Shown here one piece after another: positions 34,401 to 47,070 of a DNA stretch of 64,000 bases. The DNA is taken from NCBI GenBank assembly GCA_013265495.1, contig MU058337.1, forward strand, positions 4,024,880-4,088,879. Reading direction: 5' to 3'. A program made the translations under genes and the position numbers. The first letter of the stretch is position 1, and every line of letters begins with the position of its first letter. The stretch is from Vicugna vicugna (taxonomy: Eukaryota). The notes beneath the pieces were generated by a model that did no database searches, was not told the DNA's origin, and was given only the letters and a program-made list of their open reading frames with translations.

Positions 34401-37400
34401 CAACCAGCATGAAAACACTTGGATTTTAAGCCTAGATCTGCCCTGATCGCCAACATGACTTCCAATAACCCACTCTCCCTGAAGCAAGGCACCCTCACCT
34501 GTGACACACAGGCGTTTGACCAGGAGTGTTCAGATCCTCTTCCAGCTCCAGAATCCTACATTTCTACTCAGCAGTGATCCTAATTGGAAAGAAAAACTAC
34601 TAATTCAGATTTCCTGTCCAAATAATTGCATCAGTCCTTCCCTGACCACAGGTGACACGGGAAGGGCAGCAGTGACTACAGGGAAAGCCCTCCACCGGAG
34701 TCCCTCCCACGTTCCCCTGACAATATAAGAACATTAAGTTCAGGGAACGAACGGGGTTAGAGTGCACACAAGTGCTTATGCACGTAATACAGAAAACACC
34801 TGGCGGGCGTTCTTCCCTTTGGGATCTCTAGGGAGGACCACTGCTTAAAGCCTTTGAGACTTTCTGAGAGGTATTTATCAGCCACAGGATGTATAACTTT
34901 CCAATGGTCCACAGAACAAAACCGGTTTCAGAATGGGCGGGGGATATGCTGAGGTTCTGAGGGGATAAATTTCATAAAAACCCATTTACTGGGGAGGAAT
35001 ATGGAAATAAGGACAGAAAAACTGGAGACTCATAGATATGAAACAAATCTGGAATGTATCTCAGTTTCCAGAATGAAGAACAATGGATCCAGTTGGGGCG
35101 ATGCAACTCACAGCCTTGATGATGGAGTCAAGATACTTGAAGTTTTTGTACAGAGTTCCACACCACCTGTTAAGAACTCTGAGTGAGAAATGGCATAAGG
35201 TTAATTGGGAAAAACCTGAGAGTTAAGGGAAGCATGTATCAGAAACTAGAACACCAAACTATTCAAAGGCAGGGCCAGATGAAAGAAGGATCGATCACGA
35301 GACCCAGAAGAGAATTTAGACAGATCTCTTTAGTGGATTGTACACCAAATATTCACCCAACTGCTTACTGAAGGATCCCAGGTTTGTTTAGGGCGGTGAT
35401 ACATTCTTGTAGAAATACTCAGTCTCATAGCCTCCCTTGCATGAACAGGGGGTGCATGGGTGGGGAACAGGGTCAAGAGATCTGGCCAAAGTGATACAGG
35501 CAGAGCGCCCTGGAGACACTTTCCTCTTCCAAATCAGAACAGACAGAAGCCTCTGAAGGAGGCAGCAGCTGGCCCTTCCTCTTCATCCAGTGTGAAGAGT
35601 GACTGTGAGGCTGGAGCTGGAGCCTCCATCCTGCAACTGTGGGACCAAAAGAAGACCAAAGCCGTAAGGTAAGAGGGGAGGACAGGTGATGGAGGGAGGG
35701 GTCATCACGGATCCACAGACCATCCTGAACTTCATGCTATAAGAAGAAATAAAACACTATTTGATTAAGCTGAATTGAAGAACCAAATAGTGATTCAATA
35801 ATGGCCAGATTATTGAATTTCGTTGAATAAGCCAAACAGCTCATTAATTACAACTTAATAATACTTCATGACTTCGCAACAGTGAAGCAGTGGGAAGCAT
35901 GAAAAACTTGTACAACAGAGCATAGCCTGCTATTCCAACATCTGCTCATAGGAACCAACCAGACTCCTCTTGTCGATAATGTAATCTCCCTTGAGATTAA
36001 AATTAAAAAGTTAAATAGTCTTCCAGGAGCCAGATGAACTCAGAGCTTTAAGACACATGTGAAGGAATGTGCAGCATAGCCTTACTGAGCGGGGGCTGTT
36101 TCTGCCATTTCTATAAACAATGGAGGAAAGATACTAAAATTAAAATCATGGCAGAGCCCTGACATTTGAGATGATATTAAGACTACAGACTGGCGCTTAT
36201 AAATGACGAGAGACTCGCAGGAGACAGCACATCTGCCCCGTGTAGCTGATTAGTTTGAAAGGGAGCATTAAGACTCAGCAGTTACAGATAATGCCTGAAG
36301 AATTTCAGATTAGCTGAAGAGAGATAAATAGGAAAATACTATTTTTCCGGTTCATGAAGAGGCATTGAGGCCTGAACACCTGGCTGCCGGAATAAATAAA
36401 CTCCTTCAGGGCTGCATTGTTCGTATTGCTTGCAACAGGAGCATCTGACTTGGGACTGGCCAGAGCAGGTCACCGCGGGGCTGAGCTTGGTGACTGCACC
36501 AGTGCTCGGCAGCCTTCTCAGGCTCCTAAGTGGACGTCGGTGGAAATGCAAAAAGGAAAAGGCCCCCTGAGCCTAAGAATTATATTTTCTTAGGAAAACC
36601 CAAGCTCTCAGAGGAGCTTCCATGTAGAAGAGCTGGAAGCCATGGATTCAAACACACGTCCACCAAGGAGTGTGCCTACGCAATCCTTCCTTCCTCCCAG
36701 GGAGATGGCTCTTTGGTCCTGTGTAGACTCGTGGTGTCATGAACCCTGGTCAAGGGCCATCCCCAGGTTGGACCCCAGAGTTGACTGCCACCTCTCCATC
36801 ACAGGCTCAGGACGGGCCAGCAGAGCCAATGTCGTATCTGAGAGCCGGGACCAAGCGGCAAGTCCGCCATGACAGTGTCTGCAGGACGCCATCACCTCCT
36901 TATGTGCCCAGGGGACCAGTGAAGTCATGTTACACGTGCATTGCTGACATCACACGGTGGCAAATCGGGGTTTGAAAGGTGGTTTTTTGGTTTTTTGTTT
37001 GTTTGATATTCTTCCCCAGCCCGCTAAGAACTTGATTGAGAGTCTCTGATCAGAAATTATGTCAGGACACCTCTGCTTTAACAAAGGTGACAAGCTATGT
37101 ATGGAAAGAAACGTGAATTTTAATCGTGATTGTACAAAGTAAATGAAGAAAATCCTAGTGACATACTCTTCTTTGGGAAAAGGAGCGGCATGTTGTAAAA
37201 GTGAGACAGACCTCAAGTGGAAATCCAGCTTTCCTCAAAACAAGCCACATGGCTTTAACCCAGGCACCAGCATCGCAGAAGCTCGGGCTCTGTGTTGAAA
37301 GGGCGTTGGGACAGCATCCCTGCAGGGGGTCTGGGAGGTTTAAACGCGATGACTGCTGCAAAGAGCTTGGTCCTTTGGGAGTTATGAGGAGTAGTCATTG

Positions 37401-37679
37401 TGGCCCAGTTACCATGGCAATCCTAAAATCTGGCTAATACTTCCTTCAAGAGGAAAATATAGGTTCAAGATTAAATCTTTGGCATAAAAAGTAGTTTCGA
37501 TCATTGAAAGACGAGTTTTGACCCTAGATCTGAGTACAAAACACACTGGCCCAGGAAGATCCTGGCTTGCTCCCGGGGACAGGCTGATGGTTGAAAGTCA
37601 CCAGTCAGCAGACCAGGAGGCTGTGCTGCCCTTGGATCTAGGGGGTAATGCCCACCCAGGAAGCACTAAAGAGCCTGTG

Positions 37680-37900
37680 ACCCCATTGGTCAACGTAAGT
37701 TTGTTTTCTGTGTCTGTGAGTCTGTTTCTGTTTTGTAAGTAGGTTCATTTGTGTCACTTTTAAGTTCTCACATATAACTGATACTGTATGATATTTTCTT
37801 TCTCTGTCTGACTTACTTAGTATGATCATCTCTAGGTCCATCCGTGTTGCTCCAAATGGCATCATTTCATTCTTTTTATGGCTGAGTAGCATTTTATTGT
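37680..37900 (-). mobile_element. Camelid-type L1 3' fragment
   Basis: tgtctgtgagtctgtttctgttttgtaa..ttcatttgtgtca..ctctaggtccatcc.tgttgct..ttttatggctgagtag. Confidence 0.85.
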
Positions 37901-37925
37901 ACAAAACAGAAACACAACTAGGTCC

Positions 37926-38405
37926 TGCTGATGCAGGAAAAAATGAAGCACGAGAGAATGGCCATGTCCCAGGTCTCAGATGAGTCCCTGGGAAGTATCC
38001 CACCAAGTGAGGGTCCTTGGCCTCACATGGGAAGGTATTCCAGAGTAAGCCATAGTTGAGTGAAGGCAGATTTACTCAGAGAGAAGAACGCTCCATAGAC
38101 AGACTGCAGGCCATCTCGAAAGGCAAGAGAACAGCCAAGAGGCCTAGGAGATGCACATTCCATAGGCAGAATGTGGGCCATCTTACTCAGAAGGGAGAGT
38201 GGCAGCCTCAGAGCATGTGATGAGCTAGGAAAAGTGAGGGCAACTGTGAGATGTGGGCGTGGTTAGTTTTTATGGGCGCTGCGACTTCGTAGGCTAACAA
38301 GTGGGACGATTAGTCCAGCTGCCTTTGGGAAGGGGCTGGGGTTGCCAGGAACTGGGCCATCACCTACTTTTTAATTAAAATGTTAATCATCTTAATATGC
38401 AGTGA
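37926..38405 (-). mobile_element. ERV1-type LTR fragment
   Basis: agtaagccatagttgagtgaaggcagatttact..ctccatagacagactgcaggccatctc pattern with an internal repeat of the cataggcaga..ggccatct unit. Confidence 0.6.
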
Positions 38406-38414
38406 GTTTATGGT

Positions 38415-38585
38415 GGACATTTTTCATGAATTAATAAATAAATATGCTTCAATTTTCTCGGTTTTAATTCCTGATGCAGTAAATAACAATCGATACAACC
38501 TACCTAAACAAAAGGTCTTTGGGATCTTCAAGAAATTTTAAGAGTGGAGAAGGGACGCAAGATGAAACAATTTGAGAGCTATTGC
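38415..38585 (+). mobile_element. hAT-Charlie end (Charlie4-like)
   Basis: taaacaaaaggtctttgggatcttcaa..ttttaagagtg..aatttgagagctattg. Confidence 0.55.
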
Positions 38586-38677
38586 CTAAAGCCAAAAAAA
38601 AAATTATAAGTAGTCAAAAAAGCAATATTTAGTAAGATGAACTTTTTGTGCCTTCTGGGAATTATTCAAGATACCCG

Positions 38678-39727
38678 CAGGGCTGGGCAAAATAACGGCC
38701 CTGGAAGACGTCCAAGTCTAACTTCCCCAGAGCCTGGGAACACGTTACCTTCTGCGGCAAAGTGAAGCAAGGTACTAATCAGCTGGCTTTGACAGAGGAC
38801 ATGATGCAGGTGAAAGAGGGAGGGGGCAGGTCAGCGCTGGGATGATGTGGTGTGAGGAAGACTCTTCCAGCCATTGCTGGCTTCCAAGGGGCCACAAGCC
38901 AAGGAACACCACAGCCGCTAGAAGCTTAAACGCCAGACAGAACAGACCCTTCCTTGGAGCCCCTAGGAGAAAGTCAGCCCTGCCCACACCTTGATTTTAA
39001 CCCAGTGTTACCCATATCAAAATGCCAACCTCTGGAAGGTGATAAATGAGTGTTTCTTCAGCCACTTCCAATGTCAAATTTCACCCAAGCCCTGTAATCT
39101 TGGAAAAGAACCAACATCAAGAAATCGCTCTGCCATTTTGAGCTTGGAGAAATGGCTCACCGCAGAGAAGCCCACTGGCCCTCTGGCTTAGATACGACTC
39201 AGAGATGCCCCCTGTTTACCTAACAGGAGGCCAGGCACCGACCCTCCCAACCCCCACTCTTCACCTCATACATGATGAGCGTGCACTGTTTTGTCCATTC
39301 TGTCAACCTGAACAAAATGCTTGTCAAACAAACATCAATCAAGTTTCTCCCCTCGCCCCTTTCCTGGGCCCCTGAACCCACCCTCTACCAGAGCCAGCAC
39401 ACAGCTCTCCGTAATGTTCCCACCTGAATATAGGGTGACCTCAGGGAGGAACATCCTTTGGTCCACTGTCCCATCACGTCACCCTTCTCGCTCAGCCCAC
39501 TTCCCACATCGGGCTCATTCTAGCCTTATTCACTCTACACAGGAGAAGGCTTTTTCTGCCTGACCTTGGAGACATGGGCGCCTCCATGGCCAGAGTTATC
39601 CCTATCACAACAATCTCCTGCAATAACCTTTTCAAAGAAAGTGTCTCCTTACCAAAGTTCAGATTTGTTTTTATTTGACCCCACTAAGTGTGTGGTCATT
39701 CGTTACAGCAACAGTAGGACAATAGCA
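38678..39727 (+). mobile_element. MaLR LTR (MLT1D/E-like) interrupted by a nested LTR
   Basis: gccattgctggctt..ggggccacaagccaaggaa..cagccctgcccacaccttgatttta..ttcagccact [insert] ccactaagtgtgtggtcattcgttacagca. Confidence 0.8.
39072..39679 (+). mobile_element. ERV-type solo LTR nested in the MLT1
   Basis: Short inverted termini tgtcaaat...atttgac. Splits the MLT1 3' end, with ccact on both sides. Confidence 0.65.
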
Positions 39728-40566
39728 CGTCTGCCTAGCCTGGCTCACAGCAGGTTACTACCTCTTGGGAGGATGGACAAAGCAGGAGATGGGAACATTG
39801 TTTCCCCTCATCTGTCATCCCTATCACATTGCTAGTATGGCGGTGTTCCTAGCCAAGATGGTAACTGTTTGAGATTGAAGGAGATTACCGAGATGAGGAT
39901 GTTTGATGAATCAAATCAATGATTCCTCCATCCAGACTTGCAGGTGGCATGGCAGGAAGTCTGAAAGAACCATCTTAAAATCCTCAGTGGTCCAGAACCC
40001 AGAGCTTCACTATGGTGGGAGGGCCCCCCTCAATAGACCGAACAGGAATGCGCTTGACCTCTTAGAATCCTCCATTCTAGTACAAGTCTGCACATGGGAA
40101 CTCTTCATTTAAAAATTAAAATGTAAAACTTGCAGAATGAGTATGAATCATACCATTCCCTGTGGTGAAAATGGGAAAAGACTCTTCTCTCAATCATAGT
40201 CCTGTGAAACCCTTGAGGAGTAGGCCCCTTCTCCACCAAGACCTTGTGACATGTAGCTTTGGCAAGGATGTTCTCTCAGCAGAAAATGGCTTTGTTTTCC
40301 TGTTTGCAGTATTTTAAGCATTAGGAGGTGCGATGTAAGCAATGCTGATAGCTGACATTTTCAAGTTGCAAAACGAGACCCTTTAGTTCCCAAGAAAGAA
40401 ATCTTTATCTCCTAAAAATCATCCTGATGAACCAGATGTTTGAGTGATGTTAATGCTATTTTAATGTCTTAAGTTTTCTCTTTTTTTTTTTACTTAAAGA
40501 TCTAAAAACAAAGATGCAAAGGGCTCACTGACTTTCCTGAGCAGCCGGCCGAGCCTGTGAATGAGT

Positions 40567-40568
<2 letters not shown>

Positions 40569-40601
<33 letters not shown>
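40569..40601. repeat. (CA)16 microsatellite
   Basis: Directly visible. Confidence 0.95.
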
Positions 40602-40604
<3 letters not shown>

Positions 40605-43600
40605 TTCCTTGCACCGGATTTCTCCAATACAGCCGGCTTTTCAACCCTCCGTATCTGAATCCACAGGCTGCAAACTTCATCTACCCAGAGCACTCACGAC
40701 CATCTGAGGAATCATCGCTGTGCCAAAGACAACCCCCTCACGTCCAGCCTGGCCGTCCCCATCTTTTCCAGACAGTAGGCAGAACTGGAGACTTCTGGTT
40801 TACCATCCTATAAAACACAGAGGAGGCAACTTAGGAGATCTCATAAAATAAAAAGGGTTGAGACGGGAGCTCTACCCACAGCTGCAGTCCTGGCTGCATT
40901 TTATGACTATTCCGTTGCTCTCTTGGAGCCCAGCAACCTAGTTTGTGTTTCCCCTGCAGCTTGAAATCTGCAGGAGGCCTTTCCCAGCTGAGTGGCCCAC
41001 GGCAGGAGCCATGGCCCTTCTCCAAGAAGCACGCAGGACAGCATATGTGCTATTTCCAACCAGCCACCTGACAAAACTGTGAACTGTCCCCACGTGAGGC
41101 CTGGAGGTTGTGGAGGAGTTAGAAAAAGCCAAAGAGAAATAAAAAAGCAGGTTGAGCCTAAAATGAAATCAACATATGGGGAGACAATCTCCATCCCCAC
41201 ACCCACCTTTGATTCCTGGATCCGCAAAGGGCTCCTAACCGAGGTCCCTGAGTGGGTTTTGGGAGAGGGATGGTTTCCTGTTATTAGATGCAAAATTATG
41301 GGAGGTAGGGGGTGAGTGGAGGTGGAAATAGCTTTTATTAGATTCTCAATAAAAGGCAAAACCCCCTCTTAGTAAGATTTAAAATTCAATTGAGTCAGAA
41401 ATACCCTCTTTAAACTCTCCAGCGCAGATCAAACTATTAAAAGTAATCGCTCTCATATCTGTGTTTTCACTTCAGGGGGAACCGAAAGGAAGTTTCTGTT
41501 CCTTTTTTATTTTGTGTGTGTCCAGCAAAGAAAATTAAAATGGAGGAAAGGGAGAAGCAAAGAAGGAAAGAAGAAGGAAACAAAAATTGGAGCATAAAGC
41601 AAATTAGCTAGCTAGAAAAATGTTTTTAAAAAGTAAAGGACAAAGAGATCAAATGAGATCAAATGAGGATCAAATAAGAAATTGCTACTGTCCAAGGATT
41701 TGAGAGCTAGAAGGATCATTTATCCCAATACTCCCTTTTAATAAGTGAAAATAATTAATGACTTATCAAAGACCGAACAACTGAACTCTGGCCTGATCAC
41801 TCCCTCTTGCATCTTAAAACCAGCAGGAGGGTAACTGACCAGGATGAGTGGGTAATGATGAGTCACTACACTGAGGTATCTCCTGCTGGGTCATCAACGG
41901 GCTCCTTACAGACGATGCTTCCCTCCGGGTCTGCCTTTAAAGATGCTGTGGATTCACAAAAGCTTGTAGTGGCAACTGGACTGACGTGGAACAAATGCAA
42001 GTGAAGATCTAAATAATTTTCTTTGGTGATATTCCTTTGGTTTTATCACTTTTCTTTCTACCTCTCACTGTGCCCTGGGAAGTGAGAGAAATGGATTTGA
42101 GAAACATGTTTGCATTTGCTTAAGTTGATTCCATTGTTTCCTGCACCTCTACAGCGCATGTGTGCCATTATGGTTTAAAAAGATGTTCTTCAAAAGCATT
42201 CAGTTACCTGGGCAGAACAGGCTGGGGTATCAGGGCCACTCGAGGTCCCAGGATCCTCAGGTCCCTCACGCCACACACTCACAGTCTCCAGGTGATCTTC
42301 AGCAGCTTCCTTGCCGTGGTCCCGAGGACTGTTGACCAGTCAAGTGTCTACACACCCTGGGCTGCCCTCACTCTCCTTCCTCCTGCCTTTGGTCCTGATG
42401 CTCCCTCTCTCCAGAGTGCCTTCCTCCTTTGTCCGCCTGGCGAGCACCTGCCCATATTTCCCCTTTCTCCCTAACCCCAGCAGTGGCAGGATGGCCCCCT
42501 CTTCCCCACCACCCCACCAGACCCTAAGGTGCTTGAAGGTAAGAACCACATCTTCCTCATCTCAGAAGATCCAGCAGTTGGCAGAAGGTCTGCTTATTGC
42601 AGGAAGTCTCTGATGGTATAATGGTTGAACAAAAGTTTTAATGGACTTAGAATTTATTCATCTGTGAAGCATCTATTGATCACCTACTGTGTACCAGGTC
42701 TGTGCTATCAGGAAGGGATACAAAAATAAGTAAGTCACTGTTCTATTTACAAAGAGTTCTTAGTCTAATGAAAATGACTGCAAGGCTGCCACCTCTAGGG
42801 AGAAAAAATACCTAAGTTTATACCTTCTGATAATAGTTCTGAGGTATGTTCACGGATGAATATCCTACCCATTATATTCTGCCACTGTGCTCCGTGATTC
42901 TTAGAGGAACTCACTTAGCTCTATATCACGTCCACGCCTAATGGAGGTTTAATAATTTGATATCTTGAAAGTTAAATTCAAGTTAACAGAGGCCCAAAGA
43001 TATTAGGGTTGTGTGGGGGGAGTACAAGGGAGAAAGAAAGAAAATTAAATATGAGAACAAGAAAAATAAAAAAGATGATCAAATTTTACAGGAGGAAATT
43101 TCATTCAATTTCTTCATCTCAAAGTAAAGGCTGAAGGAGAATTTCCCTTTAATCTTTAGAAAATCGCAGCCAGCCCAAGAGGCCAGGCACGTACTCAGCT
43201 CCCACCTTGAGACTTCATTTATAGTAGTCTCCTATTTTTAAAAATGGATTTCTGTGAAATGTTTTATAATGTGGATTGGTTTCTTTGGGGTCTGCCTCTG
43301 CACTGTAGCTGCATAAAAAAAAAAGACATTAATAACTTCTCCGCTAATGGGTTTTTCAGAATCTCCAAAGACTCACCTTGAACATTATCACTTCCTCCCA
43401 CTTAGCCTGTGGCTAAATCTTGATTGCCCTTGTAAGGCATCTTCAGGACGCAGTGCCCACGTTAAAGATGGTCCTTCGGAGAAATAACTCCTCTCACCCT
43501 GCACAGCACATGCTCGCGGACCAGCAGCACTGAAGCACCATCATTCCAGGTGTCACTTAACATTTGTCCCCTGAAATGTTTGGCTCCAAGGGGGCCGACC

Positions 43601-45049
43601 CAACCTTACAAATGAAGAATTTCAATGATGGAGACAGACCTAAGAGGTGACTTTGAACTGGTTACTTCACATCTTGGCAGACACTCTAGCCAACTCTCCA
43701 GCCATCAGTTTCATGAGGTGGGAGGCAGAGTTCCCAGGAAGTTTTTGCTCAGTTTTGAAACCAATAGAAGAGGGGAAAAAAGACAGCATAAAACCACAAC
43801 TTCCTAAGTATACCCTTGTGTGTATATACTTATATATGTACACACACACAAATATACTATACACACACACACACGCATACATCCATATGACATATATAAG
43901 TATGTACACGGCGTCTTTATATAGATAGTGTACAGCTACACGGATTAGAAAGATAGTAAGAGTAGCCTTGGAATGAGTCTCAAATTTTGCTCCAGAGGAG
44001 CTGTGACACCACAGGATGTAACCCATCCGAGGGCAGGAACTGTGCCGGCTCAGGTTGGTCACTGCATATAGTCTTAAAGAGTTACTCTTTTCTGGTTCCA
44101 GTAGAAACCGAGCCTGTCTGTTTCTAAATGTCTGTCACTGAACAAGCAACCAAGGGCAGCCCGCTCTGACTTGGCACGTAGAACCTGAATCCAGGTGTGA
44201 CGAGCGAAGAATCTACAACTTTTCTTGCTAAAGCAGGAATTCTTTAGCTTTCAGGAGTTACAGACAGCTTTAAGACTCAAAATAAGAAAGGTGCATCGGG
44301 ACACACACAGAAGTCTGCACGCGATTTTGGGGAGCGCTCAGGCCCTAGCTAACTGAAGAGGCTCTACTCTTGAAAATACTTCTAAAAGCACCTGGCCTCG
44401 TGTCCCCACATCCTTGTCTTCATCTCCAGGTTGGCAGTGCTTTGTGTCATTTGCGTCTGCACCGTCTTCAGTGCCGATCAGAGAAGACTTGTTAATGTCA
44501 CCACTGAAATTAACAGGTAACTGTAGTGGAAGGTGTGTGTCACCATGCTGCCCTTAAAGAAGTGACAGTCTGATTACCAAAGCAGCACTGGTCTCAAACG
44601 GATGAAAAAGCATCGTGGCCCTGAGATCAGTTTCCAAACAAATGGCTGTCTCACGCAGCTCACCGCTCTGTCACGGGACTGTCAGAGGCTGCCTGTGCGT
44701 CATTCGCCTCTGAGGAAGCTTGGCCAACTGGCACTGGGAGGAGATGACATCTGTCACCAGCATCAGTCCCTGCAGGCTTCCAAGTGGGACAGCAAACGTT
44801 CAGACACAAAGCAGGATACAGGAGCTGTCCTGTGGTGGCAGCTGCAAATAAACAGCAGACAATGGAAAGTTGCTTCCAAAACTGGGATTTGTGGTTAAGG
44901 TGCAGTGTAGCATGATGGCCCAAAGCACAGGCCTTAGACTCCAGCAGACTCCCTTCTGCCATGAATTCGTCTGCTAGTTACTGAACTGCCCTGATCCATA
45001 GTTTCCTCTTTATAGAACGTGGGGAAAGGTGGGGTGGTCAGAATCACCA

Positions 45050-45265
45050 TCTTCCAGGGTCAAGAGAGAGGACGGAGAAATAGAGGGCGAGCTCTCTGGT
45101 GTCTCTTCTTCTAAGGACACTGATCCTATCAGACCGGGACCTCACCCTTATGATCTCATTTAACCTTAATTTCCTCCTAAAGGCCCTGTCTCCAACATGC
45201 AGTCACGTTGCGGGTTAGGGTTCCAACGCAGGAATTTGGAAGGGGACACAATGCAGTCCACAGCA
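45050..45265 (-). mobile_element. MaLR LTR fragment (MLT1A0-like)
   Basis: gctctctggtgtctcttctt.taaggacact.atcctatca..cacccttatga.ctcatttaaccttaat..gggttagggt..ggggacaca. Confidence 0.85.
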
Positions 45266-46029
45266 AGTCGTCACAGATTTTACGTACTCGGAGCAGTTTG
45301 GAATAATGAGATCAGAACTCTGATATTATCTCTGATTTACAAATTATAAACAGTCAACTAAGAAAAATTAAAATTATGAATTGAGAAGAAAAAAATCTCA
45401 TACAAAATCTATTTCTCTTCTTCTTGGTTTAGAAGGAGACATATGAAGCATGGAAATTCTTCAACATTTGACTCACTGTGTGAGAATATTTGTACAAGTT
45501 GAGGTTTGAGTAACAGAGCCAAAGATACAACACAACGAACACTCCAGCAACTGCAGCAGCGAGGGGGAATGCTTTAAGATTCACATCACAGAGAGTACAG
45601 AAGGAGGCAAGGAACATTTACTGAGTTGAGGAAAACTTGCCTATTTCTCTACTAAATTTACATGATTTTCTAACTAACTAACTCTCAGAAAACTAAACTA
45701 TGAGGAAAAAAAAAAGCCCTCTGCATCTCCATGCCTTTCCATCTGTGCTTATTCCTTCAACTTGAATGGTGTTCCTCCCTTCCCTGGTGGGCAAAATTGT
45801 CCTTCCAGATCGAGGGCACTTAACACTTGTCCCTGTAATTTCTCCCAAGTCCCCTCCACATTCTTTCTCTCTCACCCCAAGTCCCAATACACTTTCGCCC
45901 CCCTACACTATTACGTAACCTTTTAGCAAATTCTTCCCCTCTCTGTGCCTCAGCTTCCTCACCTCTACAATGGGTATAATATTGGTATGAATCTCACAGA
46001 TGTGTGATTATTACTAAAATCATAGTCTT

Positions 46030-47070
46030 CCGTGCTTCTGTTTGCATTGCTGTTTTCAAGTTCTTTGACCTTTCTTCTGTCTAATCAGTTGGTGAGTCCA
46101 ACTGATTAATTAAAAAATAGTTAATTTTTTATTCCAGATATTATATTTTTCAGCTTTATAATTACACTGGGTTCTTCTTATAAATTTCATTTCCAAGCTC
46201 ACTATATTTATCTTTGAGCATATTTATATTACCAGGTTTAAAATCCTTGTCTGTTCATTCCATTATTTCTGTCATTTCTAGGCCTATTTTTATTGATTTA
46301 TTTCCTCTAATATGGGCCAGATTTTTTCCACTTCTTTTCATGTCCAATAATTTTTCACTGGATGGTGGATTTTGTGACTACTGTGTTATTGTATTTTGTT
46401 ATCTCCCTTAAGGCATGTTGAGTTTGTTTGGGCAGATATTTAAGTTAGTTATCAGCATGACCCTTTAGATACTTGTTTTTAGACTTTATTACAAGTATAG
46501 GGTAGCCTTTTTCTGGGACTTTCCTTCTGAAGCATGAATTTGGGGGAGTCTCTGCTGGGACATGACCTCTGGACTTGCAACTGAATGCCCCAAGTATTCA
46601 GTTCAACATGGTCTCTCCACCTGCCTTGTCAGAAATTAGACGTCTCCCAGTGCCGTAAGCTCTAGGAATTACCCTTTTACAGCCCCAGGGTAGTTGTCGT
46701 CTGCCTAGCCTTGTGGAGTTGCACCCTGTGCACAGGGGGCCTGGTGGTCAGCCACAGATTAGGGGCATCCTGTGCAAACTTCTGCAGCTGTGCCTCTGAG
46801 TAGCTCTCTTCCTTCCAGCACTCTGCCCTGCGAGCTCCAGCCTCCTCCTCCGTCTTCTCAGCTCAGTGCAACCAGCATACTCTGCTTGTGTGTCCTCCAA
46901 GGTCCAAACGGTGCTTTCAGGCAGGAATCTGGGACAACCATAGGACTCACGTTGTTGGTTTCCTTTGTTCAGCTCTCAGAGAACTATGTGAAAACAGTAT
47001 TTGTTACTTACTGACCAGCGTTTCAAGGGAGATTCGTCCCAAATCAGTTCTCCTACCATGGTTGGAAGGC
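46030..47070 (-). mobile_element. Old L1 5'/ORF1 remnant (L1MC/ME-like)
   Basis: T-rich antisense L1 signature (ttatatttttcagct.ta.aatt, tttaaaatccttgtctg, ggtctctccac). Confidence 0.6.

Noticed and set aside
40907..41359. 150-aa minus and 107-aa plus overlapping ORFs
   Set aside because: Non-ATG starts, no homology recognised, and no flanking exon chain.
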